This document shows, in pieces, positions 10,811 to 23,800 of a stretch of 64,000 nt of DNA. The translations under genes and the position numbers were made by a program. Numbering within the stretch: the stretch's first letter is position 1; each line of letters begins with the position of its first letter. The stretch is from the NCBI GenBank assembly GCA_965202585.1, contig OZ241827.1, forward strand, positions 22,506,001 through 22,570,000, read 5' to 3'. This DNA is from Thalia democratica. Lineage: Eukaryota. A model generated the notes under the pieces. The model had not been told where the DNA came from and searched no databases. It was given only the letters and a program-made list of their open reading frames with translations.

Positions 10811-12919
10811 TACAATTTGTTAGCAAACGATTAAACCTATATTTTTGAACAGTTAAATTTTATATAGACATTTGTATAGATGAAAACTTTTTTTTTTCAA
10901 ATGGTTTTCCACAACAAAGATGTTAATTAACTATTGGTAAAAAATAAATTAAATTCAATGTTTGATCATTGTTTATAAATACTACACTACCAGGAACCAA
11001 AAGTAATGTTTACCACTTTCCAATTATAACATGTCATATATGTTAAAAGTCAATATTTGATCATATATTAAGACATATAAATTGATACTATGCTAAGTAT
11101 TTAAACGTGTAGTAAAACAGATACTGTGAACGTTTACGTAAAGGTTAATAAATGTAAGTAAATATATCAATACCTTAAGTTAAGTTTGATCAAAGTAATA
11201 ACAACCATACTAAAGAATTAAGTTAAATCAAGTTCATTATGCTTACCGTTGTAAATTGTACTTAAATACTGAGACAGTTTTGTCAGAAAACATTTAGCAA
11301 ACCTTAACTAATGAGTTTTTCGTAGTTTAATAAGTTTATGGAAAATAACCGCTTACTGATATCTTAATAACTTTGCTAACAATAAATAACTTTTGTCACG
11401 ATATACGCTGGAGCAACTCGCTAGTTTTCTACTAATTTTCATACTAAGGTTTTAATAAGTATAAAGGTGTATTTTTAGTTAAAAAGTTTTTTTTGCAAGT
11501 CTTCGTATTTTTGTGTCAATTTTCAAACATCTTATTTAAAAAACTACTTAAAAAGTTTAACAACACCTCAAGCTTTTTGTACAAACTTCTTTGGTAGTTG
11601 TTATGTCAACAAGTTGTTGACATAACAACTGATTTAAGTTAATTCGTACTGAACTAGTATTTTAATTATAAATCTATTTAATTTTTATGAATTAAACATT
11701 TTTATATATTTATATAAGCTTTGTTTTTGAAAGGCTGCTAAGTATTGGCTTGAAATGGTTCGTATTTATAAAAGTATTTTACAGTTTAACTTAAATTTTA
11801 ATATGTTGCTGGTTTAATACTGAATAATTTTAAGTATACGTAGATTATAACAAAGAAAACATCAGCGAAAGTCTAATAGAGCCTAAGCATGGACTTACGC
11901 CAGGCTACTTTAAACCTTTATTTATTATTTTTTAGTTAGTTTTAGATACTTCACAACGGCATGAATAACTAGTATAAATATTAGCTTTAATACTTACGAC
12001 CTACAGCAATAAAAATTGCATTACTATTCAAAGCTTATATAATTTAAAAGTTTATTACTTAAAATATCATACTTTTTATTAAAACAATAAAGCTTATGGC
12101 GCTTGTAAACGTTCACAAAAATAAATAAACTATTACAGAACAGTCATGAATAACCAACGCTTCGCAAAAACTTTTAGAACCAAGCTGTATATTGATAATA
12201 TAGTATTTTTTAGACCATACAAATGAACGTTTAATTATAAACTAACAAAATCTTTGTGTAAGTAATTTGACATTCAAGTAATTACAGTTGTTGTGTGCAC
12301 GACTATGTTTAACTAAAAACCAATCTCCATGTTGTTTTTCTTATGCTGTATTAACTTATTAGCTTTATGTAAAAGGTTTTTACTTAAACTATAAAAAGGA
12401 ATATGATTTTAGATTGAAAGTATGCATTGAAGTTGGAAAATTGTTTTATAACTTGATCAATTTATACCTAAAAGTTAGCCTAGTTAAAAAAAAAGTTAAG
12501 ACTTTATTCACTTTACTGATCACTATTTCATCATAATTAAAAATTCTTTTTTGTAAGGAAGCTAAATACATACTATGTGATATATTAATCATATCTAACA
12601 CAGTTTACCTTCTTTGTAAAATAATTTTGGTCTAATTTTCTACTTTATATGTCTTTAAATACAAATTAAGCTGTTACCATAAATTTACCAAATCATAGTA
12701 CTAAAATGTACTTTTTGACTATTATAAAACACAGGAGGGGATATTTGAACTTTTAAAAACGATTCTAAAGAGATACACATTACTTTCATATTTTATTTAA
12801 CTTTGACGGTGTTACCTTAGTCATTATCAAAACATAACACTGTGCTAAATAACAGAAATTAGTGTTTAACAACTAAATATATAACAAAGTATATATAAAA
12901 TATAAAATAGTGTATGTCC

Positions 12920-13027
12920 TGGACATGACGTTAAACTGTTCTGGTGTATGACTCGATAACCGAAAGGTTTTTTCGTGCACCAGGTCCTTAGATCAAACTT
13001 TTTGAGCGATTTTTGTCGTTCAATAAA
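12920..13027 (+). repeat. three-hairpin SINE-like repeat, copy 2
   Basis: GACGTTAAACTG..GGTGTATGACTCGATAACCGAAAGGTTTTTCGTGCACCAGGTCCTTAGATCAAAC..TTGAGCG..CGTTCAATAAA. Confidence 0.75.
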
Positions 13028-13151
13028 CAGAATATACATATAAGTTTACAAAATAAAAACTATTTAGTACAGTAAAATTACAAGACTACTAAAAATAATT
13101 ATGTTAACAAACACAGTAAGAAGATAAGTATGTCTAAATATGTCTTAATAT

Positions 13152-13860
13152 TTAAATTCTTAATGCGTGGGTAATAACCGGTTTAGTTAATTGTTTGTTG
13201 AAAATCAAGTTATAGCGTTTATTTAAAGTTGGTTCACTGATCAACGTCTCAAACTTATTTTTATACTCTTTTAAAATACCAAAACTAGCAGTTATTTTTA
13301 CAGTTTTACAATTAAAAATATGGTCAGTTACAGCTGTCTTTCCTCCTAAGTGTTATTTTACTCTTTTCTATTGGGCTTGTAGTAAATCCAATGTATCGGA
13401 TGATTTTATCCCTAGAGCACTTATACTCGTAGACTACATTAGATTTAAATTCATAAGGTTATTGTTGCTGAAATATTTACTAACTTTGCTTCTAGTAAGA
13501 ATAACTTTAAGGTCTTCAACATAATTTTTTACTAGTTTTTAAAGTTTTTTTTTATGTTATATACTTGGTTTTCCTATATAAGGTACTTCTAGAATGTTTC
13601 TGAAGTTTGAAATTTTTGGATTTCAACTTTTTATGAATTTTTCTCTAAAGTTTGTGATTTATTATTTGTAAACAGTATAACTAGAGGCTATTGTTTTTCA
13701 TCTATCCAAAAAACCATAATATTAACGAGCTTTTACATTAAATTAGTGTCATAGAACTAAAATTCAAAATAACATCCTTATCAATATCTTTTTTGTGTAC
13801 CTTTGTTATTGTTTCGTCTGTTGTTAATTTGGTCTTAATATCCAAGAATGAACAGATAGT
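13152..13860 (-). mobile_element. Penelope-like retroelement relic: RT thumb plus GIY-YIG endonuclease (stops and frameshifts)
   Basis: Minus-strand translation gives FLDIKTKL..TKVHKKDIDKDVILNFSS (thumb), LEVPYIGKPS, SNVVYEYKC..YIGFTT..HLGGKTAVTDH (GIY-YIG) and terminal NKQLTKPVITHALRI*, typical of Penelope elements. Confidence 0.8.
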
Positions 13861-13864
13861 TAAA

Positions 13865-14170
13865 AGATGTTTTAATGAAAAAAAAACCTGACCAACACCC
13901 TAAAACATTAAATTAATGGAATAAAAAAAAACGTTTCTAAACAAATATGTCAAACAAAAAAAGCCAAGAGTTCCACAAAACCAATCTTATTTAAAAAATA
14001 GGACAAACTTTTAAATTATTAATTATGACAAAGGGAATGGTGTCTGTCTGGTGTCAAATGATTATTATGTAAATAAACTTAATAAGATTGTCGAAGATAA
14101 GACTTAGTTTTTATTGATAGAAAAAGAAAAAACTCCTATTTTGCAAGCAGTTCAAAATGAAATAAACTTT
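13865..14170 (+). mobile_element. Penelope-like retroelement relic: RT N-terminal (DKG) segment, inverted relative to the adjacent 3' part
   Basis: INYDKGNGVCLVSNDYYVNKLNKIVEDKT*F matches the Penelope xxDKGNxxVxxxxxDYxxKxxxILxD motif. Confidence 0.72.
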
Positions 14171-17100
14171 GAAATCGTAATGTGTAACACCACATCATTC
14201 AAAAATGTGTTTGTAGGTTATTTAATCCATCATGAACTAGAACAGTTACTTTTAGTCTAAAGGAATATAAGTTTTACCTCAACATATTATACATCACTTT
14301 TTACACTATACAACCATGTTTTTTTTTAAGTTTTTATTTTTTTGTTTTTTAGTCTTTTTTTTTAATTTGATTAGAAACAATAACAAATAACTTTCATTGT
14401 TGATCTTAAAACGAGTTAAAACAAACATCATAACACAAGTACAAATTTTAACTATTATAAAATAATTATTAGAAAGTTGTAAACTTAATAATCAATAGCC
14501 TTTAAGAAACTATAATCAGCACAAGTAATTGCAATACAACATTTTAACCAAAACGCTTTACTTACACAAATCTTGGTTATATTTTAGATTAAATAATGTA
14601 ATTTTTTATGAAAAATATAAACTAAAATAAATATTTAAATTGTAAGTTAGGAATTTTGCTTTTATGTTGTCGATTAAAAGTTGTAGTTTTACTACAATAT
14701 ACATTGACTAAAATACATTTTTCTTTTTTATCATAAGAGAGACTTCACTGATCATATAATCATATAAAAACTTAGACAAGGGTAAAAGTTATGTACCTTG
14801 GATTAAAAGCTTAACTGCAAAAAAAAAAGGTTTTATTTGTTATTTTATGATAAAAAGCAGTATTTTTTTGCAAAGACGGTCTAATGCATTTAATTCTTTT
14901 TATATACGACAAAAAGACAATTACTAAAAATATAATTTAAATTTATTTTTGAATAAATTATAAATTGGAAATTACATTTGCAAAGCTTAATAAATATATT
15001 ATAGTGTTTTCACTTTTAATTAAAAATACTTTAAGCTGTTTTCTTTTGATAAATAATCATTTGCTTTCATATGTGGAAAAATAAATCAAAAACTTAGTTT
15101 TAGTTAAGATATTCATTTGTTTCAAAATTTGTAACAATTCAAAGCCGAGTTTACGTATTTCATTTTATATAAAATATTTCATTAGTGTTTATTTACAAGT
15201 TAAACTTAAATTTTATACTATTTGTTAACAAAGTAATTTGATAGTTTTATTCATAGAAGCCTAAAGTTTATTTACCGGTTTTCATTACTTTTTTATTATT
15301 TGTTTAATATAACGTTATAGTTTGTAAATATAAGCTAAGTCAAAAGGTACCTTTTAAGTTAATAATTTTTGTTTTATTGTTTTCGTATTTTAATTTTAAT
15401 TTCAAAATGTTTTTCTAAACAACTACTTTATAAGTTTATCACCACGTCATGCTTTTGTAAAAAAAAAATACCTAATGTTTTTATAATAGTTGATTTAAGT
15501 TCACTCGTAAAAAACTGGTGTTTGAACTACTAATCCATACGGATTAAAACTTAATGAACTAATTACTGAAAAAATATTCACACAAGCTTCGTTTTTCTAT
15601 TAGGCTTTTAAGTATCGGTTTAATAAGGTTGGTTTTTTTTTGCAGATCAAAGTTAATTTTGGTTACCTCATTGACATTAATACTGAATTATATTAAGTAT
15701 ACATATGTTCTGAAAAAAAATGTCGGCGAAAGTTTAACATAGCCTTATCTTTGACTTACGCAAGTCTAAAGTATTTTTTCATTCATCATCGTATATTTTA
15801 CGTACATACATTACAATGCCCTGAATAGTTAGTGTACAAAGTAACTTTGCACCTTAACTTTACAACAATAACTAGTTGCTTTATTATTAAACTAGTACAA
15901 AAACTTTAGAGCTGATTTAATAAAAAAAAGTTTAAGTTTTATTTACTTTAATGTTTAGTAACTCATCTTGACTTAAAAAACTAGTGTTTTGTTGTAAGGA
16001 AGTAAGTATACACCAAACCATAGTACTAAAATTTACTTTTTGACCATTGTTGAAAAATAATAGTTCCTAACATTGAACTCCACGTCATTAACAGATATTT
16101 TTATAGGGTTTTTAATTTATCATTAACTAAAACATTTGTTATACTGTTAAACTTTAAAATATATACTAATAAAAACATATTATATGTCATTTTTTACTTT
16201 GTTCAACCATGTTTTTATGACTTATTAGTTTATAGTTTTTAACCTTATCAAACAAACTAAATAACTTTATTAAAAATATAAGGAAATAGTTTTCAAGTTC
16301 GTTATAAACACAAGTTATAAGAAAGAGTGTAATGACAGTACAACATTTAACTATAAAAAAGTACTTATAAAACAAATAAAAATTTAATATTTTATATTTT
16401 ATAAACTTAAATAGCTAATAATCAATAAAAGTAATTTAAATACAATATTTTAACCAAAAACATTTACTCATAAAAAAGTTGCTTATATTTTTGATTGAAA
16501 AATTATATTTTATATGGAAAATAGAAACTAAAAAGAATATTTAAACTTAAGTTAAAGATTTTGCTTTGGTGTTGTTGATTAAAAATTGTGGTTTTATTAC
16601 AATACACATATAATTTATTTTTATTTTTTTTATTGTAAAAGAGATTTCTCTTAACATGTTTTCAAAAAATATATAAGGTAAGAAGTACTTCATACCACTA
16701 TATCATATGCCCTAGATAGAAAAGTTCATTGCATACAAAAATTATTTTGTTTGTTAATTTATGATAAAGAGCAGTAGAGTCTTTGTAATGACAGTTTAAA
16801 TTGTTTAATACTCTTTATATGTAAAAAAAGACAATTACTTATACTTAAATTTAAAAAAACAGAAAGTTTTTACAAAATATACCATAGATGAACTAAACTT
16901 TTCAACCATTGATTAGGAAATTATATGTGCAAAGTTGAATAAATGTTTTTTTTTATGTTTTTTTTCACATTTTAATTGAAAATTGTTTATTTTAAAACTT
17001 TTATCAACTCAAACACGAATTTAAGTATTTCAATTTATTTAAAATGCTTTATTAGTGTTTAAAAACAAGTTTTACTAACCTTTAATACTTTTTGTTTACA

Positions 17101-19519
17101 AAGTTATTTAATAGTTTTATTCATAGAAGCCTCAAGCTTTTTTACCTCTTTTCATTAGTTTTTTGTTTTTTGATTAAAACATAGTTTGTAAACTTAAGCT
17201 AAGCCTTAATGTCACCATAAATGTTCATTTTGGTTTCGTAGTGTTTATTACAACTGAGGATCCCGTTTTTAGTAATTCAATAAAACATTGTTTTAAGAAC
17301 AAACTTACAAACCAAAAAACTTATATTTCAATTAATAAAAGATTAAAATTCTCGGCAACTTTAACAAACAAAGCGTTATTAACACTTTCGTTGTCAAGTA
17401 AATCTCGCTAACAACCTAAAACTAAATGTTTATGTACATTTAATTTTTATATAGATAACTTAGATAAATATGAACTTTCTTTGATTGAATAAAACTTTTT
17501 TTTTTAATTTCAGACGATTTTGCAGCACAAAAAATTGTAATTAATTATGATAATACCAAGTAAACCGGAAATCTCGAATCAAAAAACTAACTCTACTTTT
17601 AATTTTACAGGCAAATGTAATATTTTCCTAATATTTAGACAATTGTACAAGATAATTCTTCTCGAATTTTAGAGAATGGTGCAAAATAATCAAATTAAAA
17701 AAAAAGAAAAAGAAAAACTCGTTTAACTCGTTTAACTCGTTCAAAATGTCAATAAATAGCGAGAGCTTTGAAAAGTATATTAGTTTTTTAGTTCTTTAGA
17801 CAGCTTATTTTGAAGCCCTAGAGCATTTATGAGTTGTAACAAACTATTGTTAAAATTTTAAATAGAGTTTAAGTCTAATTATTGTTTTTAATTATTACAT
17901 TACACGGTACTAAAAGTTTTTTTTGACATTTTCTAATCTAGAATAATCAAAAATTATTAAATATTAAACTAATTCGAATGAAATGCTGACAAAACTAGTA
18001 TATTTTATTTTTTGCTGTGCCGATAAATTGACCCACTTCTTAATCAATTAATATACGATGTAAATACATTTAAAAGTTTAACACTAATCCCTATTTTACA
18101 TGTTACATGTTATATATTGAATAAATGAACAGATATGAATTAACATAATGTTAAAAATTCAAACAAGTAGTTAAAAAAAAAGTAAACGTTTACATAAAGG
18201 ATAATAAATTTACAATAAAACAATAAAACGTTAAGTTACGTATAGCTAAACTAATAATGATAAGCATACTAAAGAAATTAACAAAGTAAGTTCAATCTAC
18301 TTAGCTAACTGATATACTTACAGTTGCATATTTTACTTAAATAGTAAGACAAGTTTAACCGAAAATGTTTAGAAAGCTTTTCTTAAAACTTTGCTGCAGA
18401 AAAATTGTAACATAATAAGTTTAAGGAAATAGCCGTTTGCGGGTTTATGAATCATAAACATCAATATTTTTCCTGCTTAATCAATCAGGGTTTTTTAGGT
18501 GCAATAGTTTATGAATTGTAAATAACATGTTAATTTATATGATAATACTAGTCTGTTTGTGCCAAAATGTCATTTAATTGCTTACCCAGACGAAAAAAGC
18601 ACAAATTATTGCAACTATCAATTATAATTCGCTTTAAGTTTCAATCAGTTTGATTATTTGCTTTTGAAAATCTTTAAACAAAAACAACAATGTTTGTTAT
18701 TCTAAATAAGATTACTATCTAACTTTTAATGGGCTAGACAGGCGTGATTAAAAATTAATTGAGCCATTGAAAATGGTTTCCGAAAGCCTGATCTACCGCT
18801 TAAAAGAAAAAAAAAAGAAGTTTCTTTTTTTTCAGAAGTTTTAAAATCAAAAACTTAACATTTTATGATAAATTTGCTGTCGTTACCTAAAAAAAAGCCA
18901 GTTTGAAAACGAAACGTTTTCACTAATTTGCGTCAGATTTTTAGTTGAAAATGGTAATACATGTAAATAATTTGAGATGACGCACTTTTTCTGAACTAGC
19001 AATGTTGGTCCAAATCGCACTTGACTAGAAACAACAAAACTTTTTTTAAATATCAATATTTGTAAATCATTACAAATACGTTATTCTAATGTATATTTAG
19101 GTCGTACCTATTGAACTTTACAAGCTATATGAAAAAATTCCTAATAGAAAAAAGTTATCAGACTTTAATTAGTATGTCTTATAAAATGGTTTTGCTGTTG
19201 TGTTATTTTAATTAAAACAGTTTGTTTTAAACTAAAAATTGACAACCGAAACTCAAAGTTTAATTAATTTGGTTTTGTCAGGGCATGGAGTGTTTTGTAC
19301 ATATTGAATATAGAGTTTAAACCATAAAAAAGAAATGTTTCTACTAAAGTAAATTAATGAAAAGTTTGACGTGTTCTTACTAAAGTCATTTAATGACGTG
19401 TTATTGAAGATCACTGTGTTGATAGGGGTTTCTTGCCAACCGTGAACTTTTTTTCTTTAAATATGTTCAGTGTTACTTTATTTGTATTGGATAACAAACG
19501 ATAAGCTATAAAAAATACG

Positions 19520-20060
19520 TCTAATTTGCACGAGCGTAAAAACTTACACGAGAGGACAAACTTGAACGAGAGCACAAAACTGCACGTAAATAAAATCGCA
19601 CAAAGGGTCACTTTTGCACGAGCAGACAATTTTGCACAGAGACATTTTTGCAGAGTTATTTTTTGTTTTTTTGTTTCTGTACTATTTTAGGTTTTTTTTA
19701 TTTACTTTTTTTCAATTTCTATTACCCTAACCCTTACCCTCAGTCGGTAGATTTTTTTTTTTAATATATATATATTTTTTTTACTAGGTAATTTTATATT
19801 TTTATGTTTACTTTCTCTATTACCCCCAACCCTTACCCTCGGTCAGTAACTTTTTTTTTTTTTTTTTTTCAGTACTTTTTACTCTCGTGCAAAAATGTAA
19901 CTCGTGCAAAATTGATACTTGATGCAAAATCGTCTTCGTGCAATTTTTTTCCCTCGTGCAATTTTTTGCACTCGTGCAATTTTGTTCTCGTGGAATTTAG
20001 ACCCCTCGTGCAGTTTAGTAACCTCGTGTAATTTTGTCTTCGTGCAATTTAAACCTGTTA
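19520..20060. mobile_element. foldback-like non-autonomous element with inverted arrays of ~18-20-bp TTGCACGAG repeats
   Basis: About 8 TTGCACGAG-like units at 19525-19660 and about 10 inverted CTCGTGCAA-like units at 19880-20050; core has two direct copies of CCCTAACCCTTACCCTC-like sequence (~19725, ~19822). Confidence 0.65.
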
Positions 20061-20834
20061 CCGAAAAAAACATATTCATTTAGTAAACTTTTATTTGTTT
20101 GAGAAAGAAGGCACTTAAAAATGGTAACTGACTAAATTTTTGAGCGCTTATTAAAGCTTTATCAATAAGTTTTTAAATCAAAACCTAAACTTTTTCAAAG
20201 TAAGTGATTAGTTTTACCTAAACATAATGTATATATAAATGATCATTAATAATATATTGACTATTTTTAAAATACTTATTTTTGTTTATATTATAACAAA
20301 ACAGTAAACACTTACTTCATTCAATGATTGTTAGCTTACATAACAAATACCGTGACATTAACGAAACATGTAAAGTATGTGCTACCCAAGTTAAAAGCAT
20401 AGGGATGTCCCTGTAGTATTTTTTTTTGTTCTATCAAAGCTTTATTAACACAAGTTGTAGATATTTTTGATGGCATATGTGATTTAAAATAGTTTATGTT
20501 TTCAAGAAGTTTATTTATTTTTACAAAAAAAACACACATATATAATGGCACAAAAACCTGTATAATAAGTATTTCAAATTTTTAATTTACTTCTAGTATT
20601 ATTACTACGTAAAAATTGAAAAACATCGTTGCAAATATTTTAAAAACTAACAAATTTTATCAAAAGTATTTCGACAGGCTGAACATTTTTGACTCAACAG
20701 CAACTTTTTCTTTAAGGCTAAACAACATTTTAATAACAGTTTACACAGCAAACTTTTCAATTATTAGCACTGTAAGTTTTGAAAAGTTAAACGACTGGTG
20801 TTCCAGCACTTTTTTAAGCATAAACTCATAGAAA

Positions 20835-23800
20835 ATGGAAATTTACGACCATCACCCTGCGAGCAGCTACACTACGACATCCCTAAAAAGCGAGAAAACG
20901 TCCCTGCACGGCGACAAGATATGCCCTGAGGATCTCGACTCAGAGAGCAACAGCAATTCCTCAAAACAGGGAAAATCCCTTGACAGAGAAAACTGGTCGA
21001 ACAAAGCAGAGTACTTGCTGGCGCTGGTGGGCAACGCAGTTGGGATCGGGAACATCTGGAGGTTCCCTTTTCAGTGCAAAATGCACGGCGGAGGTGAGAA
21101 TTTTTGATGTTATTATTTTTTTAAGATAAAATTCAACGTTTGCGGCGAGCCAAGAACTTTATATTGTTTATAAAGCACATTTTTTATATGTATTGTTTTA
21201 AATTTTTATAGAGTGGTTTCAAATTGTAATTTAGAGAAAGAATAGCTGAACTGAAATAAGAATTAAGATTTTTTTTAGTTGTATCATATCAAAAACGGTC
21301 ATAAGTTTTTAGATACAATTATAACTTTATTTTAAACAAACCGTAGCCTTAGAATCTTAATTCTCGGTAAAATTAAACTGAATAAGATTAAAAACTCATT
21401 TGAACTAGTTAGTACTTACACAATTCAGTTAAACTTTTAGAACAATAAGATAAAAAAGTTGCAAAAATTGTACTCAATGCTCATTTCTTTAAACCGATTT
21501 ATAAGCTGACGCATTCTAACTTTATCTCGCGCAAACTATAAAGTTGTACAAAGCACGATTGTTTTCATTTAAAAAAAAATACACGAGCATATTTTACAGG
21601 CGCGTTTCTGATTCCCTACTTCCTCACTCTGCTCATGATCGGCTACCCGCTCCTCCTGATGGAAATAGGACTCGGTCAGAAGTTTCAGTGCGGGTCGGTT
21701 GCGATGTGGGGGCGGATCTCGCCTTATTCGGCCGGCATCGGCATCTGCTCGTTGGTTGTTAGTGACGGTTTCATTTGCTTTTTTGACTTTAATTGTTGTT
21801 ATGTACTTGAAGTTAAAAACACTTAGCAATGAATCGCACGAGTTGTTTTATCATTAATTTGATTGTCATTGAAAAAATAGTTTATCTTTCATCCTAGCTG
21901 CATTTTTAATACTTTCTATCTTAAATGTTGTAGCAGTTTCACTTTAAAGCTATTCATTGTGGTTTATAAAATTGACTCTAAAAACAGATTATTTGTTCTG
22001 CCTGTATCATTATAAAAAACGTTAAAGCGTTTATTCAAATGTTTAGAACAGTCAAACACCAGTAGGTCTAAAATAAAAACTCAGCGAAAATTTAATTGGC
22101 AACATCGCAGACTGGAATAGTTCTCGCCAGCTACTACATAGTAGTCGTGTCGTGGAGCTTCGTTTATTCCGCAAACTCAATGAGGTCGCCGCTTCCGTGG
22201 CAATCGTGCCCGAACGCGACCACTAGCGGCGGGGAAGAGTGCCTGAAAAGCTCGCCTTCCGAATATTTCTGGTTCAGAGAAACGCTGAACCTGCCCGACA
22301 CAATAAGCGACAGCACAGGTGATTTTTTCAAAAGTTTTTCCAATAAAAAATTGTTATTGGAAAGCGTTAGATATTTTGTTTGATTGTGCATTCTTCTATT
22401 TAAGTGTACGATGAATTTGTTTAAAAATTTTAAACGTCTTAATAATTTCATCAATGATCACAAATTGACATTCAACTTTTAAAGTTGTTAACTTCAGAAA
22501 ATTTAAGAAATTTATTAAAATAAATATATAAAAAAACTCTAAATGTTTTAAAAAACTAACGTTTTTTGAAACAATAAATATTAAAGATAATTATAATTTT
22601 TATGAAACACTTTTTTTAGTTATTTTTCTAGTTTTGATGAACATTTAAATAAAAACTTTTATTTATATAAATTAAAACTTTTTTAATCACAAGTTTTTTT
22701 TTAATCTTCAAAGTTTTAATTTACTACACTATCTCTCGTGATAAACATATTTAGTTTGTAATATAAAAACAAATAAAGTTTGTGTAGCCATAAAAAGAAG
22801 AAGACTTTAAGTACCTTAAAAAGTGTTAAAAACTGAAAAAAATAACACAAACTATCAAAGCATTCTGAAAGCTTTTGTCATTATTCAGGATATTTGAACT
22901 GGCAAACTTGCGTTTCACTTGTGTGCTGCACAACAGTGGTGTTTCTAGGTTTGCAAAGAGGTGTCAAGTCCACTGGGAAGTGCATGTACTTTGGCGTTCT
23001 GTTGCCGTAAGATGTTCATTGTTACATTTTTTTAACATATTTCAAATAATATTTTCTATATCAAAGTTACCTAATTCAAACAAAAAGTAGTAAAAAATAT
23101 ACTAAATGAATTACTTTTCAAACCGTATCTGGCAGTAAATATAAAGTAGTCATTAATTTTATTTCCTTTTAACATTGCATCGATATTTTTGTTATAATTT
23201 ATAGCAAAGGTCACTTTTGTTTCATTTTATTATTTTAAAAATCGAGAAATTGAGCTGTTTGGTAACTCAGCTAAAATTTGACAAAAAGTGTTTTCGTGAT
23301 ATATCCTTTTTTAAAAACTTTTACAATTTCTTAATTAATTCAATTTTTAAAACTCAATTGTTGCAAAGCACCCTAGTTGTAATAACCAATCAAAACTAAA
23401 AACAATCTACCAATGTGTCTAACCAAATTAGTGTGTTTACTGTGGCTTTGCTAATCTGCTTACTAGTCACAAGATATAACGTTAGTTTTAAACCTTATTA
23501 AAACTCAAATACCATCAACTTTATAGTTCTACAACAGTATTGTTTAATATTTGCATCTAAAAATAAAAAGATAAAAATCCTATGTTTAATTAAATTTAAT
23601 TAATTAAATTATAACAGATACGTTATCATAGGAATTTTCTTCGTTCGTTCTATATCTTTGGAAGGAGCGATTGAAGGAATATTTTATCTATTGAAAGTTG
23701 ATGTTAGTTTTTTAAAAGTTGTCAACAATTTTTTCTTTGCACTTGAATTGTTTGATAAACTATAATAGAAATTAGAGTGATCTAATACGACTTTGTAAAC

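Larger units (their letters stand above)
3550..18450. repeat. field of old, diverged, same-orientation tandem duplications (AT-rich)
   Basis: Motif TAGTTTGTAAACTTAAGCTAAGCCTTAATGTC recurs in variant form at ~5081, 6229, 10363, 15318, 17182; AATAAGTTTATGGAAAATAAC variants at ~3720, 5792, 11329, 18414; block ~14470-15350 aligns by eye with ~16400-17200, and ~11500-11930/12480-12720 with ~15400-15760/15910-16050. Confidence 0.7.

Noticed and set aside
12943-12982. SECIS-like look (ATGA...AAA) in repeat copy 2
   Set aside because: No GA on the 3' arm for the GA quartet, ATGA is not conserved in other copies, and it is not in a 3' UTR.
19411-20079. ORFs, a CRISPR-like periodicity and telomere-like repeats
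   Set aside because: ORFs are artefacts of the repeat arrays; units are adjacent, variable and inverted with no unique spacers or cas genes; the CCCTAA-like tracts are only 2-3 imperfect units.
21058-21075. FPY to FPF change as loss of the SLC6 chloride-binding tyrosine
   Set aside because: The chloride-site Tyr is the one in AFLIPYF (GAT1 Y86 equivalent), which is retained.
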